From NCBI GenBank assembly GCA_002269645.1, contig NIVC01000224.1:1-64000 (forward strand): a stretch of DNA of 64,000 bases, written 5' to 3'. This document shows positions 1-9,698 of this stretch, in pieces. Numbering within the stretch: position 1 is the stretch's first letter; each line of letters begins with the position of its first letter. The translations under genes and the position numbers were made by a program. This DNA comes from Macrostomum lignano. Taxonomy: Eukaryota. The notes beneath the pieces were generated by a model that did not search any database, was not told the DNA's origin, and worked only from the letters and a program-made list of their open reading frames with translations.

Positions 1-2630
1 AAGTGTCCCACAATATCGATGTGTACCGCCTCAAAGCGATTTGATGGTAGTGCGAAGGCCTGTTGCGGGGAGACAGTGTGGCGAGGTGACTTTACTCCGT
101 GGCAGTCCAGGCAGTTCCAGCAGTAGGTCTTGATGGACTTGCGCATTCCGAGCCAAAAATAACTTTGTGATAAGTTTTGCTGTTTTACGGAAGCCGAAAT
201 GACCAAGTCAATGAAAGGAAGCAATCACGGCGTCGCAGAGAGACGGCGGGATGATCGGGCGAGGATACGGCGTTGACGTCTCACACCAAACGACGACGTC
301 TTTGTCCAGAGAATACGATCGGATATTTGGTGCAGGTGAGAAGGTCGTTGTGCTTCAGCGATACTGGGCAGATCAACAGGGAATTTGACTTGATGGGGCA
401 GCGACTACAGCGGCTGTTGCGATGTTGGACACGTGATCATTCACTGGGAAGTCAGGCAGTCGAGAAAGGGCATCAGCTATTACGTTGTCTGCACGCGAAT
501 GTACTGGACATCTGCCACGTTCTCGGACAAGACGGTCAAGTAGCGCTGATTGCGATCTGATGTAGTGGTGCGATTGGCGTGGAAGGCCTGAGCTAGTGGT
601 TTATGATCAGTGAACAAGGTCACGCTCAGTCTTTCAATGAGGCTGCGGAAGTGCAACATTGCCAGGTACGCCGCGAGTAGTTCTCGGTCGAACGTGCTGT
701 ACGTCCTTTGAGATGATGACAACTTCTTGCTAAACACGCCAAGAGGTGACGTTCCGGTTGAAGAGGTTTGATGCAGAACGGCACCAACACAGTCGACTGA
801 GCCATCAGTGTACAGGTAGTACGCAGTACAGTTGGGGTCCAGATGATGCAGCAATAGTCTCTCTGAGAGAACTTGTTTGATGTTTTCGAAAGATTTCTGA
901 TGCTGCTCTATCCATTGGAAGTTTCTTGCTGACTGTAGTGATGCAGTGAGTAGGTCTTGCAGCGGACAGATGCGGTCAGCGAAGTTTGGAACGAATCGGC
1001 GGTAGAACCCAACGACGCCGAGGAAGCGCCGGAGTGCGTTCGTATCCGTGGGTGTCGGTCAGTCTGATTATTTGGATCTTCTTATTCCTTCAGGAGTCAC
1101 GCGGTGGCCAAGCAAATCTACCTCGGATTGAAAGAACTCGCATTTCTTCAAGTGAACTTGCAGTCCGTGTGTTTGTAGGCGGTCCAAAACCTGTTCCAAA
1201 TGCGAGTAGTGGTCTTCCGAGTCTTCGAGAATATCAGGACATCATCGATGTATGAGATGACGAATGTCAGTCCGTGAAGAACAGAGTCGATCAAGAAGCG
1301 TTGAAAAGTTTGTGCTGCATTCCTTAGACCGAAGGGCATGCATGTGCACTCGAACAATCCAAACGGTGTGGTGATGGCGGTTTAGCAGATCTCTTCTTCT
1401 GCGACTGGAATTTGATGAAACGCGCGAACAAGGTCTAACTTTGAAAACACAGTGCTTCCGTGTAGGTACCGAGTGAAGGTTTGAATATGTGGAACCGGAT
1501 AGTTGTCCGGCTTTGTTCGTTTGTTCAATTCGCGATAGTCAGCGCATGGACGCCAGCCAGCTTCCCTTGGGTGCCATGTGGAGGGGTGACGCCCAAGCGC
1601 TTGAGGAAGGTCTGAGGTAGCCGGCATCGATTAGCTGCTGAAACTCCTGCTTTGCAGCCTGCAGTTTTGCAGGGTGCAGTTGCCGGGGTCGCAAGTGAAC
1701 CGGTTGTCCACTACCAGTGTCTAGCCGGTGAACAGAGTCATGTTTGACCTCTGAAGCTGGCGGAAGGGCTCCGCCTTCAACGAAAGAAAAACAATCTGCA
1801 AACTTTGTTAACAGCGTACTCGTCGAGAATCCAGGTTGGGTGGCAGTTCTACCGACACAGTGAACGGGCCACAATGAACATTTGAAATTGACAAGGTAAC
1901 AGTAGACAGTCCTGTTTCTGAGTCTCGAACGTGTTTGCGCTGGCAATCGACGACTAACCCATGGTGAGCCAAGAAGTCGTAACCTACCTTATATGATGGG
2001 TTTTACAACTGAGGTCACGAGAAAGGTCCACTGGAAGGCTCGACGCAAACCGCGGATTGAGACATCCAGTAGGACCGACCCGCGAACTGGTATGGCGGCT
2101 CCAAGAGCAGTAATTAAACGAATGTTTGTATCTTGAACGAGTGCATTAACGAGTTGAGGTGGAACAATGGAAACCGAGGCTCTGGTATCCACAAGAAACT
2201 TGTTGTAGGTATTGTTGATTTTAACATCCAACTCCAAACAGGTGGTCGATGGTGTCTCGGCACTTCGCACCGCGACCTCGGTCGCAGTGCGACTTAGTTT
2301 TCCGGCTGTCGAGAAGGTGATGATGAATGCGACTGAGATGGTGTTTTTTCATTGGGATGCAGCACTCGAATCGGACGCGAGCTGTCCTTGGGAAACTGAC
2401 ACCAGGGGGCGACACGACCGAGCACGACGGCCATAGTAGAGGTGTGAGCGGCAAGCGACGGGGCATTGGCCAGGCTTAAATGAGTCTGTTCCAGCGGGCT
2501 TACCAGGTGCATGTCGGTGTGGAGCTTGCTCAACGCGCTGCTGGGATGCCCGGTCTGCACCGGTCTGATGATCGAATTGTTTCCACGCACGTGAAACCGT
2601 GTTGTGCGTCCGCGCTCCAGCCTTGCCCAT
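1..2630 (-). mobile_element. Ty3/Gypsy LTR retrotransposon (CsRn1/Kabuki-like clade), degenerate gag-pol, 5'-truncated, runs off the left edge
   Basis: Minus-strand order: gag C-terminus with CHCC motif (C-RS-H-LYYGRRARS-C-RPW-C across a C5 homopolymer frameshift); protease (FLVDTRASVS, G>R); RT (CADYRELN, FSKLDLVRAFHQI, MPFGLRNAAQTFQR, YIDD); RNase H (TDGS, DRELLA, TDHKPL); integrase start (CLDC, RFEAVHIDIVG at the edge). Multiple frameshifts and stops. Confidence 0.93.
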
Positions 2631-3498
2631 AACACTAATATAGACTGGCTGTATTATATATATATTATGGCAGGCTATGGCAGGCTAGAGCGTGCCGAAA
2701 CGAGGGTGAAACCAAAGATATTTGCCCGCGGCCGATGTCTATGGCCAAACCAAAAGGCACATATTCTTTATATTTATGCCTCTCTTTGAAAACAAGAGGC
2801 GAGTAAACAAGTAGAATTAATTTCCAGAATAACAGGGTCGTTCTCAAAATCAGGAATTACGCGATAAAACAAGAAAGAAAATTTTCGACCCTGAACCAGC
2901 CTTTCATGCAAAACAAGCAACAGGGTAAACGTAGCTGTTGAAAGAAAAGTACTTTATTTATCATTCGAAACAGTGAAATTGGTACGGTTGTCAAAGCAAC
3001 TGTCTACTGAGTCATTTTATCAATTTAATATTTCCATTTCTTCGATGTAACGCTAAGACGGTGTCATGTTTTGTGAAAAAATTCAATGGGAAAGAAACAT
3101 CAAAAATAAACAATTTTGCACAGGAAGGAAGAAAAGAACATTAGAATTTGCTTCTTATTAAAGAATGACTGCTTAGTGATTTGTTCCTTGACTTAAACAC
3201 AATCTTTCATCACTTAAACGCATGACTGTTCTAGTTACTAGCAGTTGAATTGTACAAATATATTGCTAGTTTTATAGGTGAAAGCAATGCATATGGCGTC
3301 TTTTTGGCGTTTTTTTGTGCCTTGTAATGTGATCTTTGTATTCGTGATGTTTTTATATGGATTAGTGCACCACAGTTGTTGCAATATTTTTTTATACAAT
3401 TAATTGCTACTAAGACAGGCACAAGCCAATAAACGTTGGGACCATAGTTTTGCAACACTGGAATAAGATAATGACCAAAAAAAGCAGTAGAGTGGAGA

Positions 3499-3865
3499 AC
3501 TGGGTGTCTTACAGGAGCATTTTTGTGCTTTTTTAAATGCATTGCCTCTGAGCCCCACAATTAAGCAAAGCATCTGAAAAACATGCACTTTTGCACGTGT
3601 CAAAATGTTGGGACTGCCATCATGGATCACTGAAAGAACTGATTGGGCCAAATTTTTTGGAGAGTGTTAGACTAGGTGTCTTATGGGAGCATTTTTTGCA
3701 GTTTTAAATACATTGCCTCTGAGCCCACAATTAAGTAAAACATCTGAAAAAAACATGCACTTTTGCATATGTCAAACCATTGGGACTGCCATCATGGGTC
3801 ACTGAAAGAACTGATTGGGCTGAATTTTTTGGAGAATGTTTTACTGGGTGTTGTGTAGGAGCATT
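3499..3865. repeat. 172-bp tandem duplication (~2.1 copies) inside the Sola2 element
   Basis: ACTGGGTGTC-type start recurs at 3499, 3671 and 3843, with alignable bodies (CATTGCCTCTGAGCCC, GGGACTGCCATCATGG, CACTGAAAGAACTGATTGGGC). Confidence 0.85.
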
Positions 3866-4199
3866 AATTTTTTAAAAGAAAATATTGCATATAAGCCACA
3901 AAAAATATGTTAACAATTTAGAAACCAGGCAATACATACAAACTATAATTTATGAGTAAGGGATTCAGTAGCATTTTAAACTTGAAATTAAAATTGATGT
4001 TTTAAATTAGATATTAGATCTCAATGACTGAAAGAATATGAATCAAGTGGCTTTACTTGTAGAAATTGGTCCATCAAAAAGTTTTGGCCATTTGGAAAAT
4101 TTTACTTTGAAATGTACAGTTTCTTGCAAAAAAATCCGGAATTTTGGTGTCCCAATAAGCAAGTAGCTATTGGCATTATTTAACTATACTATAGTATAA

Positions 4200-5174
4200 A
4201 ACTATACGGCGAAGTACCACAAAGAGGTACAGGCGGCGCACTTTGGCGACAAGGATCAGGTGGTACTTCATCAAGGCGTGGCCTACATGGCTGGACATCA
4301 ACCTTGCTCATTCGCAACGGTATCAGGAGAGAGGAGTAAGACGGCGGAGGCCATCGCCGCTCATCTACAACCAGTCCTTCGCCACTTTAAGGAGAAGCAC
4401 GATGTCGATAAGGACGCCTTTAGCCAACTGGACCAGATCGTCATCGTCTCTGATTCGCCATCCAGCCAGTATAGAAATCGCAAGATGGTTTTCTTATTCG
4501 ACCGCCTGATGAAGATCATGAGGGTGTCAAGCTGGCGTTGGATCTACACAGAGGCCGGACACGACAAGGGTGCTGCGGATGGAGTTGGAGCGGCTATCAA
4601 ACGCCGCTGCGATGAAGTCGTGGCTAGCCGGCAGGACGTTGTAACACCTCAGGATGTTATGGAAGCCGTCAGATCGGGTAGCCCTCTGCACATACTCACA
4701 TGGTTGGTTCAGCCAGAGGACATGAACTATTTCACAAGCATCATCACCTTCGTGGGTGAGGACCTCTGCGGCATGCCAGGCTCGAAGTCGATGCACGACG
4801 TCTCAAGGACTGATGGTGGGCCGATCACTTACCGTCAGCTGTCCTGCATGTGCCCTGATGCAGCAGTAGCCTGCCCATGCCACGAGATGAAAGTGTGGGC
4901 TCCGCTGATGCTGCCGGAGGCGCCAGCTCCTGATACTGCAACGAGTGGACTCGGATGTGGGCGTGGAGGTGGACGTGGACGCCGAGGTGGACGAGGACGC
5001 GGAGGTGGACGTGGACGCCGAGGTGGACGAGGACGCGGAGGTGGACGTGGACGTGCAAGTGGTGATGAAAAGGCGCTGCTCCCTTATGACTTTTGCAACG
5101 AACCTTTGGTAGCTCATCTCATCTCTCTAACTATCCTATATATCCTATATACTAAAAATGAAATCCTATCCTAA
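4200..5174 (+). pseudogene. Sola2-like transposase fragment, 5'-truncated, with an RGG-rich tail
   Basis: Open frame from 4200: NYTAKYHKEVQAAHF..QVVLHQGVAY, IVSDSPSSQYRN, EAGHDKGAADGVGAAIK. These match the ENY..EIQS.H / SD..xQYxN / GHGKGxxDG motifs of Sola2-type transposases. The upstream DF(S/A)E Asp is missing (TAA at 4197-4199). Confidence 0.78.
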
Positions 5175-5276
5175 TTGTACGTGCTTTATACCATTAAAGT
5201 AGGGGTTGATTTGCTCACATATATATATTAAATAAAGTTAGGCGCAAATAGTACAAGTAAGGTGAACCATTCGTAT

Positions 5277-6175
5277 TTAAATCCGAATGCGGAACGATGT
5301 CTCCATCGGCTGCGGCAGAGACAAGGGAGTTGGCCTCTTTGGAGTCGGTATCTCCAGCGGCGTTGAGGTGGGCGGTGCAGCAGGCTCCGCTGTTGCGGCA
5401 GGATGGACTGCGGCAGCGAGCTGTTGTATTAGCTGTTGGTTCTGCTGCATCTTCGCGGTCATCAATGCGTTGACATCGATGCCAGGAGTTGTCGGGGTGT
5501 GGGTGGCAGCAGTGACCGGCGCAGTAGGAGTAGCAGCCAGTTGTTGTGGGCCCCGGTCGGTCCCGGCGAGGTCGTAGCGGTCGTTAAAGTTGGTGTCAAA
5601 GAGGCATCAGGACCAGTGGGGGCTCCAGAACTAGTGCCAGCGGTGGCAGCAACACAGGGTCGGAGTGGGCGGCATGGTATGCGCCAGAGCAGTAGTGGTT
5701 GCAGAAGTGGATGTGTTGTCGCCGGCATCCATCGAGCGCGTAATAACCATGAATTATTTGAAGAGTTGTGAACGCTCTGCTACCAAATTTGTCGCTTGGA
5801 CAACAAACTAATGAGCAGTTAGTAGATGGAGTGTATTTCGTGGCAGTGGAAGCAAAAGGTAAAGCAGAAAGAAAGGAACATGGACGCGCTTGAGGGGAGC
5901 AAAGCTAAGAGAAACCTGTAACGGAGAGAGGAGGTCTTGTACATAGATATAAAAGTGGTAAACGCAAAGGATGAGGTCACTATTGCTGGAATTGCTTGGC
6001 TAAACGGTAGGGATGAGGTCATAGACAATAAATGTTAGCTGCAACTAATGTGTTAAAGGGACTAAAAGTACATGAAAACGTAAGACGAAGGCGAAAGCCC
6101 AAAAGAGGCGAAGTATTGGAGGATTATAATCCGAAACCCATGATGTCGAAACTCGGTCCATCGCATCCTGTTACA
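5277..6175 (-). mobile_element. 5' fragment of a second LTR retrotransposon (LTR + PBS + start of gag) nested in the Sola2 element
   Basis: Minus strand: LTR TGTAAC...CA (6175-5790); then PBS TGGTAGCAGAGC (5785-5774), complementary to the 3' end of initiator tRNA-Met; then a frameshifted Pro/Ala/Gln-rich gag start (MTAKMQQNQQLIQQLAA) truncated near 5277. Confidence 0.72.
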
Positions 6176-8439
6176 TTTCTTTAAACTAGTGTTAAATGCA
6201 CACTATGTTTAGAATACTATCATTCTTCATGCACTATTTTTATTGATTCAGGGGCAGTCAAGTCCAAGCATGACTGTTTCGATAGCTTCATTATATAGTT
6301 CCTTCATGCCTACATATACAGATAAATGTTTTTTAATCTACCCATTTCATATTTTCATCAAATTGTTTTCAGTTGTTTTTGTCCTGCAGTAACGTTTGTA
6401 AATCCTTTTGGATTGTAATACTTTAGCATAAACCAGTCAGTATACATGTACTTTTTAAATTTCTTCTAGTTTAATAATATTGTATCCATTCATAGCAGAC
6501 TAGAGTATATAGCTGTTTGCAAGACTACATTTCTTGCAAGAATAAAAAATATAAGACAAGAAAATGTCTTATTTATAATAAATAATCACATTTAGAGTCA
6601 AACAGATAATTCTACAGAATATCAGGCTGCATTCATATGTACCATATATTAAGATGTTCAAACTCCAATATTCCATGCATATTTACAATGCAACAAAGCT
6701 TTTTGCAATCATATTTCATTTCTGTGCTTGATTTGTTTTGTCTCTTCTTTCCAGTTTTTGCATCTTCTTGCACTTTTTGAGACTATACACAATGCACACG
6801 AATTTTCTCAGCTCTTTATATGTCATGTGTGCTATATTTAAACTGCCTTTGTAATTTCGTAACTATACTTACTATAAAGCTTCTCTATTATACACTACAC
6901 TCATGCTTTAATTTTTGCTGTAGATGTGTAAATATATTCTTTTTCCGTCTGAAGCAGACTTCTGAGTTAAAATATGAGTACATATAGATCGTCCTATAGA
7001 TTTTTGAATCATCCAAAAGGATAATGTGATACATAAACTTTGCAATCATTCTTGAAACCACAGATATGAATTAGCGCCTAGCGGGATACTAAATTTCGCG
7101 CATAAATGCACATATCAGTCGTTCACGCTAAGAAATGTAGCTAACAATTTTCAGATAATGTTTTGAATTACTATATTTGCGTTTTCCAACGCAATGCGCG
7201 TTGTAATTAATTTGTAATACAATGTAAAGCAATGTAATACTTGAGTTAGTACCAGGCTGTTGCGCGACGCACAAATTGTTCAAAGTTAAACGAATGCGTA
7301 TCATAGGTATACAGTCATATTATAACAAAATATGTTGATTTAAGGGTTCGGCGCTGCTTAAACAGAAAATTAATTAAATGAAATGATCTATTTTAAAAAA
7401 ATAAATTACTCTATAGACTTTGACGATGATATGCTGGTGTATTTCTAGTTTTCGTGCAATAAAATAATTCCGATAATAATATTTAAACAAAGCGGCATTT
7501 CATGCTGTCCTGACATTTTGTTGTGGTTTACGACACAAAATACGTTTGTTGCATCTATATTGCGTTCTTAGGTAAAGATTGCGTCACGAATTTTTAAAGA
7601 AAAAAACGGAAGCATAAGCAGTGCCTGATTTTGAGAACGACCCAACAGATTAAAACGATACGTGAGCTAATAAATATAGCTCGTATTTACGTGTACGTAA
7701 AGTAGGGGAGGCATCATTGTCTCAAACATGCTAAAAGTTCAGTCTGCTCGATCAGACACACACTTGTTGGGGGTGATGTTGAAGTTACAGTTTTCGAAAT
7801 TGCAGTTACCAAACGAATTGGGTGCTTCGCCAACTGGATTGCTAATAGCTATCATGCAGTTCGAAACAGAATTTGAACCAGCATCGTATGCTCTTAATGT
7901 CGGTTGGCATTCTCTCCTCTATCAGAAACTTTTTGCAACCTTTGAATATGTTGTTCCGTCTGCTTGTCGGTAGACTTTCCCTTGCTGTCCTCCCCTACCT
8001 GTCGCAGAAGATCTTGTTCTTCAGAGGTCAACTCACGCAACAGAGAAATGTCGTCAACGTTGGTTGGATCACGGAGTTTCTCGTCGATGAGGCGTTCCTG
8101 GTTCTCAGTAAGGACTGTCCATTGGCCGATTGGAACGGTCCTCGCGGTTTGCGAGACAAATGACAAAATCCAACTCATCGCCAATCACACCGCCTATTTC
8201 GTTTTCGCGTATTCTGTGGTAGCGCAACATGATGCAAAACCGAAAAATACTGTAGAGAAAGTGGAGAAGTAATAGAGGAATGCAAAATACTACATTGAAT
8301 TAGTAGGGGTCCTTTGTAGACAGTGACAGCGGGCGCGAAATAAAGTCTATGTATAGAAGTAAAGGCGTTTTTGTCATAGACAGTTGCAGCGGGCGCAACA
8401 TGTTCTTGAAACGTATTCAAGAATACAAAATTATTCTTG

Positions 8440-8853
8440 ATGAGAATTTGTCTATGGTTAGAATGACTCCGTCCCCGCACCCCCGCTTGGTGAGAATTTG
8501 TCTATGGTTAGAATGACTCCGTCCCCGCACCCCGCTTGGTGAGAATTTGTCTATGGTTAGAATGACTCCGTCCCCGCACCCCCGCTTGGTGAGAATTTGT
8601 CTATGGTTAGAATGACTCCGTCCCCGCACCCCCGCTTGGTGAGAATTTGTCTATGGTTAGAATGACTCCGTCCCCGCACCCCCGCTAGGTGAGAATTTGT
8701 CTATGGTTAGAATGACTCCGTCCCCGCACCCCCGCTAGGTGAGAATTTGTCTATGGTTAGAATGACTCCGTCCCCGCACCCCCGCTAGGTGAGAATTTGT
8801 CTATGGTTAGAATGACTCCGTCCCCGCACCCCCGCTTGGTGAGAATTTGTCTC
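8440..8853. repeat. 50-bp minisatellite (~8 copies)
   Basis: Unit GTGAGAATTTGTCTATGGTTAGAATGACTCCGTCCCCGCACCCCCGCTTG, directly adjacent copies, no spacers. Confidence 0.95.
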
Positions 8854-8885
8854 GTCTATGGTGAAAAGCCTACTAACAATACAAT

Positions 8886-8997
8886 TGTAACCCCTCCTTT
8901 TTGGGCAGAAATGGGAGGCTCCTCCGGCAACTAACGGTGCACCTACATGTAGCTGCCCTCGGAGCCTCTCATTTCTGCCCGCAAAGGAGGGGTGACA
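8886..8997. mobile_element. Short fold-back / MITE-like element (112 bp)
   Basis: ~37-bp imperfect inverted repeats TGTAACCCCTCCTTTTTGGGCAGAAATGGGAGGCTCC ... GGAGCCTCTCATTTCTGCCCGCAAAGGAGGGGTGACA; TGT...ACA termini; no clear TSD. Confidence 0.65.
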
Positions 8998-9698
8998 TTA
9001 TACAATGTTACTAATTTTGTCACTGAACAACTACTATGCGCACTGAATTAAATTGCGTTACAAGCGTAATAACAGTTAAGTAACGAAAGTAATTAATTCT
9101 CTACAAATAACTCCGCAAGCTCCGTACCGACGCGACTGGAACCGTCAGCCAACTGCTTGGACCTGTCGACCAGAAACGCTGAGAAATCGCATCCCCGTCC
9201 CTACCTCATTAGGCTGCGCTGCTGTCTCACAATCCAGAATTTTATTGGCAAATGCGCCCAAAAGAGCAAATTATATCTCATATCTTGTCTCTAATCTGCT
9301 CCGACTATCTAGTGCCGCATCGGCCCACCAGCGAGTGCCAAAGCTGTGAAATATTGCCATCAATTAAACAGATCCGCTGCAAACGGTGACAGGCATCGCA
9401 GCAGCGCTGAATTATGGGTGCATTAGGGCATAAGCGCTTAGAGAGGCTATGCGGCCTGTGGGCAGTGGCATCCCAACGACCGTGACATTCTATTCAAAGT
9501 TGTGAAGGATTAATTAATTAAAGCAAAAACTTGGAGCCTCCAATCGACTAAATACACTCGTATAGGCAGCAGAGCTAAATTCTTCATTGGTTTTTTATGA
9601 GCTAATTTTATCCAAAAGTGTAGACATAATATTAAACAGAGCTTTAAAAAGCTATTCGATTTTGGTACAGCCCTACACTAAAGAGTTCGCTGAGAAGA

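Larger units (their letters stand above)
2835..7643. mobile_element. Sola2-type DNA transposon, internally rearranged
   Basis: Perfect 20-bp TIRs GGGTCGTTCTCAAAATCAGG (2835-2854) and CCTGATTTTGAGAACGACCC (7624-7643); 4-bp TSD AACA on both sides (2831-2834, 7644-7647); GRG...CYC termini; internal transposase fragment. Confidence 0.82.

Noticed and set aside
1-6175. The LTR/gag piece at 5277-6175 as the displaced 5' end of the Gypsy element at 1-2630
   Set aside because: The iMet PBS and Gln-rich gag start do not fit a CsRn1-type element (typically tRNA-Trp primed), and no matching junction sequence is visible.
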